64,000 nt of DNA from a virus. Lineage: Duplodnaviria; Caudoviricetes. Where the stretch lies: the IMG/VR virus record IMGVR_UViG_2859564202_000001; one strand, written 5' to 3'. Below, in pieces: positions 30,018 to 40,985 of this stretch. Both the position numbers and the translations under genes were made by a program. The notes under the pieces were generated by a model. That model did not search any database. It saw only the letters and a list, made by a program, of their open reading frames with translations, and was not told the DNA's origin. Every line of letters starts with the position of its first letter. Positions within the stretch are counted from its first letter, which is position 1.

Positions 30018-32297
30018 TTAATCGCGTGGTGCGAGCTGGAAGCCGACGAACGAATTACCGTTGTACTCGCCGCGCTGCAGCGATCCCCGAGCGGTGTACG
30101 GCTTCTTGGCCTTCGACATGGCATCAAAAGCAATCTCGCGGCCCTCAAGCAGATCGGCGATCTCCTTGTCGGTGAACTTGTGACCACCCCATACGCGCTT
30201 GAAGCGAATCTTTTCACCCTCAACCTTCCACACACCCACCGCGTACACAGCTGGGTCTGCAGAGGCAATGCGATCAACCTGCCCCTTAAACCCAAAGAAC
30301 TTAATGGTCTTGCCGTCTTTGTTAAAGCTTTGATGCGCCAGCTTGCCGGTGACTGTCGTGATCTGTCCACCAATCATGGCATCGGTAATGGTGAGCTCCT
30401 CACCGCGCAGCAACGCCTCGCATTCTGCATCGCTAAATTCATGCCCGCAGTAGACCTTCTTAAAGCTCACCTGCTCACCGTTCCAGGTGCCGGAGTGCTT
30501 GACAGAAGGGGTAAAAGTAGTAGTCATGAGTTTCTTTCCTAGTTCTTGGGGGATGTTTTTTGCGTTACGGGTCATGGTCGCAATATCTTCTTCGACCCAC
30601 TGTTTAACTGGTTCCAGTGCCTGCTCTGCAGTCTTTTCACCAGCAGCAACCGCTGCCATATCGGCATAAACGCGCTCGGTAAGTTTGAGGTCGCCAATGT
30701 GGGTGCCAGGAAGCAGCAGATAATTCAGTTGCCCTGCGTCAGTCATAGTGACTTTGCCACGCGTTTCTTTGAGCAATGCTGACTTGCCGGCTGTGACCTC
30801 GGCATAGGTGCTCGTTCGTGTCGCACCGGTACCGACATCATGCTTATCGAGCTGTTTCATCAACCACGTCATTGACGGATGCGGTGGTCGCTGCGGAAAA
30901 CCCTCAAACACTTCTGGCTCAGCACGAGTACCAATCCCCTGCTGTGCTGCATCACTGCCGGCAGCATCATCATCAGCCTCAGCGTCTACGTCGAAAATAC
31001 CTTTCCAACCCAAGGACTTTGGCACATTTGCTGTACCGAGAAACGCTGGGTAATCCACGACGCGGCCTTTTTGGTGCTCATAGAGGTAATCCTCTGCCAG
31101 CATCGTGAGATAGCTCTTAGCGAGCACTTCATAAATGCGCTGTCCGAGCACACCGTAGGTGGTTTTCACCGCTGCAATACTGGTCGGCACATTCAAACCC
31201 GGACGGTTGGCGCCGTGTGCACCCTTGGGCTTAACATGCGTGGACCGTGGCTGTCGGTGCGTAAGGTCAGCCGGGTTCACACCAACCAGGCCGGCGATCT
31301 TATCGACCAACGGCGCTAGTTCCTTAAACTGCTCAGGGGTAATCGTCTTATCCTCGGTACGCGGATAAGACACGACCTGCGCCTCGTACATCTGCTGATA
31401 AGTCTTAAGCACGTTCTTTGCGCTAAAGCCCTCTTTAGACAGCAGGGCCGACAGGCTCGCCAGGTCAAGTAGACGTGGTGGCGCGGTCTTTTTCATGCTC
31501 TTCTCATAGCATTCGACCGCACTAGCCTTATAAAGCTGTGGTACCTCGTCGCAAGTCTTATAACGCGGTTCCTCGGGGTTGACGTAACTTACACCGTGAT
31601 CATCAATGAAGCGGTTTTGATAAAAAGGAATCTTTTTATAATCGTTGTACGCATCTAAGCCCTGCCCCACAATCGCAACCATGGCAGATTTCAGGCGACC
31701 ATTGCGCAACACTGCACGCCGACCAGTGGTCTCTAGCACTTTGGTGGCACCGCGAGTCCACTGCATCGACAGCAAATCAAAGCGTGATCGGAATTCCGCC
31801 TTAAGATAATTGGGCTCGTCATGCATGGAGGTCACATCGCGGCGGTTGATAAACGCCTGCTGAATCGAGGCCGGCGCCTCATCAACAAATTCCATACGCT
31901 GAATCTTCTTGGTGTCTAACCCCAGCTCAGCGATAATCTCCCACGCCAACAGATCACCTTCGCCCGTGGGATCAATATCTGATCCGATCACAATGGTGGT
32001 GCAGCTGCTCAAGGTTTTCTTAATGCGTGCAATCGTGTTAGCTGCACCGTGCTTTTGCTCGCGTGACCACAAAAACTGCGTCTCATCCCACGGCAGCTTA
32101 GCCAGATCCCAGTAGCCGCCGATCTTATCGGCATAGCTTGGTGGCACCATCTCTTCTGGCTCGACAAATTCATAAAGGTGCCCGCTGGCTGCAGCAATAA
32201 CGTACTTCTCGCCGTTATAAGTGCCAGAGGGTCCACCGAGGGCTTTCGCAAAGTTTTTCGCAGCCGAAGCTTTCTCCGTCAAAATTCCAATTGTCAA
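30018..32297 (-). CDS. Type IA DNA topoisomerase (TopB/TraE-like) with C-terminal repeats
   Basis: TOPRIM ILTEK.SAA and D.D..GD; GRLKS; catalytic SYPRT; VGTGATR; repeated F....GH.F.D.E...LL.G. Confidence 0.92.
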   Translation of the reverse strand: MTIGILTEKASAAKNFAKALGGPSGTYNGEKYVIAAASGHLYEFVEPEEMVPPSYADKIGGYWDLAKLPWDETQFLWSREQKHGAANTIARIKKTLSSCTTIVIGSDIDPTGEGDLLAWEIIAELGLDTKKIQRMEFVDEAPASIQQAFINRRDVTSMHDEPNYLKAEFRSRFDLLSMQWTRGATKVLETTGRRAVLRNGRLKSAMVAIVGQGLDAYNDYKKIPFYQNRFIDDHGVSYVNPEEPRYKTCDEVPQLYKASAVECYEKSMKKTAPPRLLDLASLSALLSKEGFSAKNVLKTYQQMYEAQVVSYPRTEDKTITPEQFKELAPLVDKIAGLVGVNPADLTHRQPRSTHVKPKGAHGANRPGLNVPTSIAAVKTTYGVLGQRIYEVLAKSYLTMLAEDYLYEHQKGRVVDYPAFLGTANVPKSLGWKGIFDVDAEADDDAAGSDAAQQGIGTRAEPEVFEGFPQRPPHPSMTWLMKQLDKHDVGTGATRTSTYAEVTAGKSALLKETRGKVTMTDAGQLNYLLLPGTHIGDLKLTERVYADMAAVAAGEKTAEQALEPVKQWVEEDIATMTRNAKNIPQELGKKLMTTTFTPSVKHSGTWNGEQVSFKKVYCGHEFSDAECEALLRGEELTITDAMIGGQITTVTGKLAHQSFNKDGKTIKFFGFKGQVDRIASADPAVYAVGVWKVEGEKIRFKRVWGGHKFTDKEIADLLEGREIAFDAMSKAKKPYTARGSLQRGEYNGNSFVGFQLAPRD

Positions 32298-32554
32298 AGT
32301 ATTAACCTTTCTTACTTTTTTAATACTTTAACACGGTCAAGAAACTAATTGAATTAGTTATTTGAGTTATTCAACCGACCCAGCAATGCGGGTCGCACAG
32401 CCAACTCACCACATGAGTCACCACGACCGAAGATTCTGCTGTCGCAGAACGGACTTATTTATAGGATTTACACATAACTAGCACCTCTGCCAGTGCCCAC
32501 AGGGTGAAACCTCACTCCCACACAGTGAGATAAACACTGAAAAACTGAACAAAC

Positions 32555-33165
32555 GTGAATTTAATTCGAGCGTAAAGTTACGTATCGTTACACTCCGCTA
32601 CACAGCGTTACAGCACCAAAGATGCACGTCAAAGAGCCTTTTATTATATTAAAGTGAATTATTAAAATAATATAAGCGTTACATCAAAGTTACATAAAAA
32701 ACACGTTGTGACCTGCATGAATGCAAAAGTGTAACGTTGTAACGATACTTTGCATGTTTTACGTATACGCGAGGGGTCGTAATAATCCTTTATGGCCTTT
32801 ACCTATCATCACGACTGTGCAGAGCCGTAGCGTTCACATGCTCGCTGATATGGCTGCAGGTAGTAAAACGACATAGCATCACGCTCATATGTGCCTTTAG
32901 GTACTTATGTGTCCTATTTCACGTTTATGAGTTTTTACTTTTACTCTTCCGTCTATATTAAAGTTGCAAAAGTATCGTTACAACGTTACAAACCACAACA
33001 TTAAGTTTATAGTTGCTGGTTAAACGGTACTTTTGGGTGTAACTTTAGCTTTTTCGTATCGTTACACCGTAGCGCTACAAAACTACCGTTACAGCAGCTC
33101 AGAGCATGTTTTTGGGGTGTAACGATACGTAACGTTTGTAACGTTACGTTCATAATTAAATTCAT
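32555..33165. repeat. AT-rich origin-like region with nested inverted repeats and GTATCGTTACA motifs
   Basis: 17-bp IR 32577-32593/33117-33133; 22-bp IR 32730-32751/32969-32990; 11-bp IR 32556-32566/33154-33164; many GTTAC/GTAAC. Confidence 0.85.
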
Positions 33166-33674
33166 ATATGTGACTGTTATGCGTACTTCCGTTCTATTTC
33201 AATAGCCAAGTAGTTACTGTGTTGATAATTAAAAACTTATGGGAATTTTTAGTTTCTGCACAGCGTCACTTTTTCCGGTATGTTGGAAATCGTTGAAACT
33301 GTAGTCATACCGCTGTTATGAGAATGTCAAGAGTGCAATAACGGCCCCAGGGCATACACCAACCACTCCCCTACATCGTGCACAGCAGTATATTCTTGTG
33401 CGCTCAGAGGCAGCCTGCGACGCTTTTTTATGCCTCTGTGCTTGTTTAAGCGCCTCAACAATTGTGCACGAACACAAACCAGCACAGCACCACTCAAGCC
33501 GTTAAACAAGCGCGAAAATGCAGCAACACCCTCTTTATTTAGGCATGCAAAAAGCAGCTCGCTCCGGGGTACGAACACCCTCGAAACAAGCTGCTTTAAT
33601 TCTTAGCGCTAATTACTCAGCGCCACCATCACGGCAGTGGCAACGACCACCACTACCCCACACATCAACACCAT

Positions 33675-35762
33675 TTAGCGCGCACCTCCACCAGTGCTCG
33701 GCAGATCAAAGTTACCGACCCGGTAATCCTGCTTGGAGACACACAACACCACAGCATTAAGAAAACGCTTCGGGTCAGGAACACGCACCTGCCACGCCTC
33801 ATCTGTCCGGGTGTTCCACAAAATACCGTCCTTCATCCCAGACATGACCAAATACATTGCGAGCTGCAAAAACATCGGATGTGTCAACTCAGAGACGAAT
33901 TTCAATTCATAAAGCACACCCTTGTGCACCGCATCTGCGACACCTGCAAAAGACATTGGCGTGCGCACTACTTTGCTCTGTACTGCCTCGCCGTCAAGGA
34001 TCAGTGGAATCTGATTACGTGAATCAGCATTCAGCCTCGTACTCAGCCGTGAGACCAATGCCTTCTCCGCAGCAACCGGGATAGAGCTGCGCACCTGATC
34101 GACATACCGCATCTGCTCTGTGGACGCTGCTGTGACAATAAGGCAGTTACGCCATACGCTATTGTTTTTCTTCACCAAACGTTTAAGATTTTTCGCGAAC
34201 TGACTCGGGTACGCCGATAGTGCTGTATGAACGTTGTAGTCCTTGAAGAACACTGCTTCCTGAAAGTTTCCCACTGTGGGTGAGAGATCAATAAGCCCGT
34301 CACTGCGATTGACCTCAATGGCTGCACCCTTGCCGTTGTCGAGACGCTTGACATCAAGCAGGTCAAAACATGCTTCGACATTCTCTGCGTACTTAAAATC
34401 AAAGGCTTCAGTCACAGAGATCGGTCGCGCATATTCGCTCGGCGCCAACTCAGGTAGTTCTTTAAACACTGAAACAGGGATAAAACCCATCATGCGCTCA
34501 ATCTGTGACTGAACCTCACCCACATCACCCTTACTTTCTTCTGCCGGCGTATGGGCATCTACCTCAGGTGCAACCTCAGTATTGTTGTCCACCACACCCA
34601 CAGCGAGCCCTGCAGCCCAGTCCGCACCAGCCTCATACGCTGCTTGAAGAGAATCGCTACGTACAAAAACAACCTTGTTTTTACCGCGTGATGCTGCCAC
34701 CAAAAACACATTGCGCATGACCACTGGATCAACATTGGGGTAACCAAGACGCATGTCCCAGAATTCTTCGTCATAGTCAAAGACCACGCAGGTATCGCGC
34801 TCTAGACCTTTACTGGAATCAAAGGTGGTAAACACCGCAGCGTCATTAGGGTGTGCAATCTGGGAATCACCATCGCGAATAGAGGCGAACACAGTTTTCT
34901 TATTGAACTTTGCCGGCGACTTCCTCTCCACGACATTAAGCGCATCTGACATCTGCCCATTGCGGCTACCCAAACACAACAGTTTGCTCGGCTCGGTGCT
35001 TTGGATCAACACCACTGCCTCAGCGAAAGACCTATATTCAATCTGCTGTGCGGTATTGGCACCCACAATCGGTTTATTCCAGGCATCAGCCAAACCCGCT
35101 GCCATAGCCTCGCCAATTCGAAACGACTGTGTAAACGGCGCGAAGACTGGATCTTCACACAATTGTGCTGCAAATTCTTGTGGATCTAACGTGGTGTCAG
35201 ACCGGACTTTTTGTTCCAAATCACCCACCATGACAATCTGCATAAGCGGATTCACAGACTTAATGTTGCGCAGCAGTTCTGCATAGTCCTCATTGATGTC
35301 CTGGTACTCATCAATAACCAGCAGGTCGTAACTGGGGAACGTGCGAGAAATGTGTTTGAAGTTCTTGTTAAACTCCCGAATCGACTCGCTAATACCACAC
35401 TTGATGCCGGCCTTGAGTAGATGCGGATAGACAATGCCGTGATAGTTCTGCACCTTGGCGCCACGAACGCGCTGCTGTGCATCGACCTTCAACAACTTCG
35501 AATACGTCAAATACAGCACGTCATGGTCTGCACCCATGATCGAACACAGTCGTTGAATAGCGGTAGTTTTGCCCGAGCCTACGGTGGCATCAACAATGAC
35601 ATCTTTGCCAGCAAGTACATAATCAATCATGGCTTGCTGTTCGCTACTGAGTTGAACTTCTCCAGCACGTGGTCCCAGCTGTGGCTGCGGTGCCACCTGC
35701 GTGCTGGTGTTGTACGCAGCGAGCATTGCTGCTGGATTACCCAACGACATCATATTTATCAT
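33675..35762 (-). CDS. SF1 (UvrD-like) helicase fused to a C-terminal RecB-type PD-(D/E)xK nuclease
   Basis: ATVGSGKT, DEYQD, VGDLEQ, SFR, SKGLE, VAASRGK; C-terminal GVADAV...YELK...QLAMY. Confidence 0.85.
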   Translation of the reverse strand: MINMMSLGNPAAMLAAYNTSTQVAPQPQLGPRAGEVQLSSEQQAMIDYVLAGKDVIVDATVGSGKTTAIQRLCSIMGADHDVLYLTYSKLLKVDAQQRVRGAKVQNYHGIVYPHLLKAGIKCGISESIREFNKNFKHISRTFPSYDLLVIDEYQDINEDYAELLRNIKSVNPLMQIVMVGDLEQKVRSDTTLDPQEFAAQLCEDPVFAPFTQSFRIGEAMAAGLADAWNKPIVGANTAQQIEYRSFAEAVVLIQSTEPSKLLCLGSRNGQMSDALNVVERKSPAKFNKKTVFASIRDGDSQIAHPNDAAVFTTFDSSKGLERDTCVVFDYDEEFWDMRLGYPNVDPVVMRNVFLVAASRGKNKVVFVRSDSLQAAYEAGADWAAGLAVGVVDNNTEVAPEVDAHTPAEESKGDVGEVQSQIERMMGFIPVSVFKELPELAPSEYARPISVTEAFDFKYAENVEACFDLLDVKRLDNGKGAAIEVNRSDGLIDLSPTVGNFQEAVFFKDYNVHTALSAYPSQFAKNLKRLVKKNNSVWRNCLIVTAASTEQMRYVDQVRSSIPVAAEKALVSRLSTRLNADSRNQIPLILDGEAVQSKVVRTPMSFAGVADAVHKGVLYELKFVSELTHPMFLQLAMYLVMSGMKDGILWNTRTDEAWQVRVPDPKRFLNAVVLCVSKQDYRVGNFDLPSTGGGAR

Positions 35763-35846
35763 AAACTTTCTCCGTAAGTTAATAAAATATTAATTAGAGA
35801 AAATTCTAACAATTATATTACAATTACCCCACACACTTAGACACAG

Positions 35847-35887
35847 CAAAACCCTTCCCGGAAGAAAACTTCCCGAGAAGGGTTTTG
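35847..35887. terminator. Intrinsic terminator
   Basis: aaaaccctt...aagggtttt stem. Confidence 0.7.
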
Positions 35888-35921
35888 CACTCAACCAATC
35901 TGCGAAAGACCAGTGGCTTTA

Positions 35922-36815
35922 CTATGGTTGATAGCGATTAGCAACAAATAGCACTTCGCCCCACTTGGTCGAAATATTCTGATAGTCATCGTAATGCTTT
36001 CGCTCGAGTGTGGACCCATCAGGAAACACAGTCTCATAATCTACAACTGCGTCGGACAGATCTATGGCATTATCTGAGCCGTGTAAATCTGCTCCTTTCA
36101 GACTGCACGCATAAAAACTAGCGCCAGTGGCTTTATTGAACACACACCGACTTGCTTGCAAATCGACATTCCCAAAGAATGCATTAGTGATGTCCGCAGA
36201 AATCTCCGCACAACTCATTACCGCTTCACGAAATCGACTATGCGATAAATCGCCCGAAATTACGGTATCGCCCAACTGAGCGCCAATAAAGTTGCAGTAG
36301 GAAAGATCGCAATTCGTTAATCGTGCATAATGCCACGAACACTCACTAAAATTAGCACCCGAAAAACAGCATTCCGACACACTCACCGAATCTGTTTCTA
36401 AGGCATATAGCCGAAGACTGACCTCAACTTCAAACGACGGGGTTTTGTCCAAAGGAGCATGGAAAACATGTGTTGATGGTACCGCCTGTGCCTCAAACCT
36501 TTCGGGGGATTCATCAGACGCGCGCCCTAACCTCCGCCCCAGTTGCTCAAATATTTGCCGTCCTACAGTAATCTCAGACCAACCGTATTTCCGTGGAAAA
36601 TCTGATTCGACAAACATATGCGTAACAACAATGTCACACAGTGACTGAACGATACTCGCTCCATAAGTTGTACCCGTTGCTGCAGCGCGATCCATGGATC
36701 TAAACGCATGTTGAACTGTGGCAGAGCGGATCGCGCTGTTAACGCTACTTAAACCCGCAATCAAGGGAGCAAAAATATCGCCTTCAAGAAGGAAAGCTTC
36801 ATCAGTCTTGTTCAT
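35922..36815 (-). CDS. Pentapeptide-repeat protein
   Basis: CCFSG ANFSE CSWHY ARLTN CDLSY CNFIG AQLGD...ADLHG. Confidence 0.85.
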   Translation of the reverse strand: MNKTDEAFLLEGDIFAPLIAGLSSVNSAIRSATVQHAFRSMDRAAATGTTYGASIVQSLCDIVVTHMFVESDFPRKYGWSEITVGRQIFEQLGRRLGRASDESPERFEAQAVPSTHVFHAPLDKTPSFEVEVSLRLYALETDSVSVSECCFSGANFSECSWHYARLTNCDLSYCNFIGAQLGDTVISGDLSHSRFREAVMSCAEISADITNAFFGNVDLQASRCVFNKATGASFYACSLKGADLHGSDNAIDLSDAVVDYETVFPDGSTLERKHYDDYQNISTKWGEVLFVANRYQP

Positions 36816-37236
36816 CCCAGTCCATGCCTTTCTTCTGGTTCATGTGGGGAAGTGCTTTCCTCATACCTGCTTTCTAAAAGCCCTCAAGCTTCAAGCCTTA
36901 AGCCCTAAGAAAGAACTATTCTCAGGAGCTTTCCGTGTACTAACTCGCGTTGTTCATACCGCAGGAGCTTTCACAACAATACCGTGCCCAAAAACGCTAA
37001 AGTGTGTGACCAAAATTTTTGGAGTTCCTGCACTAAACGCTCATGTGCATGCAGTGAGACGTGATCGCCAATGAAATCTGGGCTGCGCTCAGCGCGTTGT
37101 TTCCTGCTATATAAACCTCAGATAGCCCACCGGCAGAACAGACCTAGGTTTACTAACGATGTCAGCAGTTCTTGCAGAAAACTTCCGGGGTCACAACATC
37201 GTCGCCACCCTACACTGGGGTGAGCACGACGTGATC

Positions 37237-37671
37237 TCAATACTCCTCGAATGCACTCGATTGTGCTCGCTGCATGGCCCTGGCCTGCGAATTGAGCCCT
37301 TCGCACCAGGAGGGGTAAACACGAAATCCACGTTTACCCGGCTGTCCGTCTGCTGCGGTAATCCCCAATTCTGCAAGATGACCAGCGGAAAACCTAAACA
37401 CTCCGCGCCGAACATCGTTCCTCACAAAGACAAGAAGACCAGCATTCATCCCGTCGTCACTAAACGGCTGGGTCTGCCCTCCCACGCCTCGCTGCCAAAA
37501 GGCAACAAAGGCACCCGGCTTCGACGGCGTGTTCCGGCCAGTCCGGACATGCCACTCATGACCTTCAACCTGTGCTAATCCTGATTCATAATCACTGTTC
37601 TGTGGCTCAGGGGCGACCGAAACAGTTATGCCCAGCTCGGTCGACCACATCTCCAACGCGCTAAATCCCAT
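37237..37671 (-). CDS. MepB-family protein
   Basis: R....TP.KPG.FVAFW.R and GKRGFRVYP.W signature. Confidence 0.85.
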   Translation of the reverse strand: MGFSALEMWSTELGITVSVAPEPQNSDYESGLAQVEGHEWHVRTGRNTPSKPGAFVAFWQRGVGGQTQPFSDDGMNAGLLVFVRNDVRRGVFRFSAGHLAELGITAADGQPGKRGFRVYPSWCEGLNSQARAMQRAQSSAFEEY

Positions 37672-37842
37672 GAGCTCAACTTATCAACTTCAGCCGCAGG
37701 AAGCCTACTGCCTCCTCTCGCCTCCTTCCGCAATACTCCCTAGATCTTGTTTAACCGTCAGGAGTTGGAGGGTATATCCGGCTACTGAACGACAACACTT
37801 TTAAACGACGGCGCTTGCGACTATTACCTTTGACCCGGCGCA

Positions 37843-38589
37843 CTAATCAATTTTGAAAACGCGCACCATTAGGTAATCTCTCGATAAATAGTGTTTGGCC
37901 AGTAACAGACTCAAAAGCTTCTGCAAACTTGTTAAATCGTCAAAACAGCCGTTGACAAAGCTCTCCCACCACCGCAACTCTGCATCATGACTCCAATAAA
38001 ATTCCTCAACCGGCATTTGATAGGCATAACGTTCAGCTGTAGAAGGCCCCAGCATCATCCAACTCGTCGCTAATGCTGACTCCCACAATTCAAGATCTGT
38101 CTTTTCGAAAACCGAGCTAATAGGACTAGGCGAACCAGGACTCAGTGCACAATATCCCACAAGCTCACAACGTCCAGCCGACTGCGCCCACTCCTGATCA
38201 GGATCAACAATCAGCGCACGCCCAACCTTGACATCAATTCCGGTGTGCTGCACAAAGAACTCTAACCATTCCTGTAACTCAGATACAGTGAGCACATCCG
38301 GTAGATCAGCTACTAAGGATCTTATATTGGACGAGAAAAGTGACCACTTTTCAGCAACGATCGCTTGAAAAAGACACTGCCGAACAGCTCCGGCTATGCG
38401 CTGATTAGTAAATACATTACCTGGGAATGGTAGTGAACTACCGTCCCTTTTTGTCACTCTAGAAAATGCATTCCACTTTCCCATGATGTTGATGAGTAGA
38501 AAATCTAGACTTAGCGATGGCCCGATAAAGCGAAATCCGGAAGTTTTATAGCCTCTAGTGTAGATGCACAGTTGATGGGGTTCTGTCAT
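37843..38589 (-). CDS. Cytoplasmic protein coupled to the LGFP gene; candidate immunity protein
   Basis: ATGA overlap with the upstream stop; no signal peptide; the start could be further downstream. Confidence 0.6.
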   Translation of the reverse strand: MTEPHQLCIYTRGYKTSGFRFIGPSLSLDFLLINIMGKWNAFSRVTKRDGSSLPFPGNVFTNQRIAGAVRQCLFQAIVAEKWSLFSSNIRSLVADLPDVLTVSELQEWLEFFVQHTGIDVKVGRALIVDPDQEWAQSAGRCELVGYCALSPGSPSPISSVFEKTDLELWESALATSWMMLGPSTAERYAYQMPVEEFYWSHDAELRWWESFVNGCFDDLTSLQKLLSLLLAKHYLSRDYLMVRVFKID

Positions 38590-40475
38590 ATGCGAAGCTT
38601 ATTATAAAGATTCACATGATCAGGACATTGGGAAATTTCAGGCTCGTGTTCGATTCCACCAGGTGGGGTTGAATTACACCATGCTGAAATTACCCCCTTG
38701 GGTCTGTTCGAATTTGCTCCAGTGAAAGTATGAGGATTGTAAATAATAGTCACCCATTGCGGAGCGTGCATTTCTTTACATCCTGAGTTCTTATTGAATG
38801 TATAAGTTCTGCAATCTAGAAAGTACACCGTTTTCTCGAACTTGTAATAGCTGGTTCCTGGCGATGAGCCATAATCAATCACCGCTTTATCTACTACGGC
38901 CTCAGCCATAGCGTGGTTGGCGAAGTTGTGTTTGCAATAGTTTTTTAAATATCCCCAGCCTTCATTCCTGTAACGGTCATAATGCCCTTTTCTCACGACA
39001 AATCTGAACTCGGTGGGGAAACCTCGCGAACTATACTCTTTTTTGATCGGGCCACCATTCTTTTCAATGTTGTTTTCAGTTTTTCTCTGCTCATCTAAAT
39101 CGGGAAGATTCTTGCAATCCACGTATTGTGCACGCTGGGAAAACAGGGTCATCTCTTGGCTCGATGAGGATGAGCCGCTACTTCCAATTGGGAGGAAATC
39201 CTCCAAACTTCTTTCTTCATCGTCAGGAATCCATGTCAGTGCATCACCTGAGCCTAAAACAACACCTCTGGTGAATTCTTGTTCGAGTGACTCATTTAAT
39301 GATGTCAATGATGGTATCGGCCACCCTAAAGGAGTATCGGTATTTTGGTATTGCAGCCACAGGGAGTAAACATCACCATACAGCTCTCTGGCGCCTAGGA
39401 TTCCATTCCACGCAATCACCCCGCGCTCCGCAAAATTCACCACATGGAATAGACCAGAAACCTCAGGTGTTTCATCTGCTTCAGGAAAACCTAAACGACC
39501 CGTCTCCCGACCCAACGCATCCCACACCCGCTGCGTAGCCAAATACATAAACCGTGTCTGACGATCATTTCGCCACGAAATTGTTCCATTGGAGAAATTA
39601 TTGTAAAAATACTCAGTACCGCTAGGTAGCTCATTAGTGATCGGGATGCCAATGGCATGATTCGAGCCGCCAAGTTCTTCGTAGCGCTGTTTAATATCGC
39701 CCCACACAGCACCGCCAGTCAATGGGTTGTAATAGTTGTCACCACCTTGAAAAGTCTGTCGCTGAGTAAGGGGATAGTTTGTATCCATCGGACCAGAGGT
39801 TGGGTACCCCAATGGCCCTGATTCCCAGTTCAAGGTCCCCCACTGCCTCAAACCGTCCAGGGTCACTGCATAAGCGCCTGTGTCTGGATGCCAATAGATG
39901 GCACCCCCAACAAATTCACTTCTTTTGCCAACACCGTCGGGATTGGTCAACTCGTTTGACTTTGGTGGCCCAAGCCATGACAACTGACCTCCAACCTGCC
40001 GATAAGCGTCAAGAATCCGGCCACAAACTGAGAAACCTGTTGGCCACATAGCCTCACACCCAGTTGCAGCCATCAATCGTGCGCCCTCATTAAGTCGCGC
40101 TTCCGCAACCTCCACCTGATCAGCTTCGTCCTTGCTCACCCCCTCCGGTAACTCGATGACATCTGAGCGCATTTCCCCTGCAACGATGTCCCGCTTAGGT
40201 AGCGGAAGTTCCTCAACATTGTCTTTACTATCGTTGACGTGCTCGTGATACTCAATGACTACTTCTGGATGTGCTGATTCGAAATCCTCAAGTTGTTCCT
40301 TAACAGTCGGAGCATTCCTATTGGGAACATAGTCAACACCATCATCAGCAAACTGCTCATCACTGATTTCTTTTACAAGCTCAAATTGATCTTCCACTTG
40401 TGCTTGAGCTACCGGAGATGCAACCCCGATGGCCAGCAACATGACAGCAGAAACACCCACTAGTCTTCGTACCAA
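38586..40475 (-). CDS. psp1: Secreted LGFP-repeat protein with a distinct C-terminal domain
   Basis: Signal peptide AQA; LGPP/LGYP/IGIP/LGFP/LGWP repeats; Ser linker; Cys-containing C-domain; gene symbol from memory. Confidence 0.85.
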   Translation of the reverse strand: MVRRLVGVSAVMLLAIGVASPVAQAQVEDQFELVKEISDEQFADDGVDYVPNRNAPTVKEQLEDFESAHPEVVIEYHEHVNDSKDNVEELPLPKRDIVAGEMRSDVIELPEGVSKDEADQVEVAEARLNEGARLMAATGCEAMWPTGFSVCGRILDAYRQVGGQLSWLGPPKSNELTNPDGVGKRSEFVGGAIYWHPDTGAYAVTLDGLRQWGTLNWESGPLGYPTSGPMDTNYPLTQRQTFQGGDNYYNPLTGGAVWGDIKQRYEELGGSNHAIGIPITNELPSGTEYFYNNFSNGTISWRNDRQTRFMYLATQRVWDALGRETGRLGFPEADETPEVSGLFHVVNFAERGVIAWNGILGARELYGDVYSLWLQYQNTDTPLGWPIPSLTSLNESLEQEFTRGVVLGSGDALTWIPDDEERSLEDFLPIGSSGSSSSSQEMTLFSQRAQYVDCKNLPDLDEQRKTENNIEKNGGPIKKEYSSRGFPTEFRFVVRKGHYDRYRNEGWGYLKNYCKHNFANHAMAEAVVDKAVIDYGSSPGTSYYKFEKTVYFLDCRTYTFNKNSGCKEMHAPQWVTIIYNPHTFTGANSNRPKGVISAWCNSTPPGGIEHEPEISQCPDHVNLYNKLRI

Positions 40476-40610
40476 CCGCTTATATCAAACCTTTACCTGT
40501 CGGAAAATATGTACAAACTGAGGATAGGTAAAGAATTAGTTAAAAGTTGGATGGGAGAGAAAATACATGCTCTTTACCCGAAAAGAGGGGTGAAAAGACT
40601 GTGTTGTACT

Positions 40611-40904
40611 TTAAGTGGGAATAGGCTCTCCGGTAGACGGATCGACACCATACACGGTCTTAAACATTTCTGGTGCCACCACTGCCTGATAGTTCAATGC
40701 AGCATTGAAGGATGCCTCATCGCCAGATTCACGAAAACGGTCAAGTCCATCTCCTAGTAGTGAAAACATGGCTTCATTAAGCACTCCTAGCTGCTGATCT
40801 CGTGCATCGTCACGCTCACGAAGACGCTTTACCTCAGCTGCCAAGTTATGAATCTGCTTCTGCTGATCTTTGATGATCTCGCCAGCAGTTCTCGTCTGTG
40901 CCAT
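40611..40904 (-). CDS. Small coiled-coil hypothetical protein
   Basis: AGGGGA RBS; heptad pattern. Confidence 0.65.
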   Translation of the reverse strand: MAQTRTAGEIIKDQQKQIHNLAAEVKRLRERDDARDQQLGVLNEAMFSLLGDGLDRFRESGDEASFNAALNYQAVVAPEMFKTVYGVDPSTGEPIPT

Positions 40905-40985
40905 AATCTTTATTCCCCTTTTTAAGTCACTAACTTTATCTGTTTGATTCTTACTATATCTGCATCAGTATTAAGTCGAAAGCCT

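Noticed and set aside
36878-36909. Short imperfect AAGC(C/T)(C/T)(C/T) tandem repeats
   Set aside because: Too short and degenerate to assign a function.
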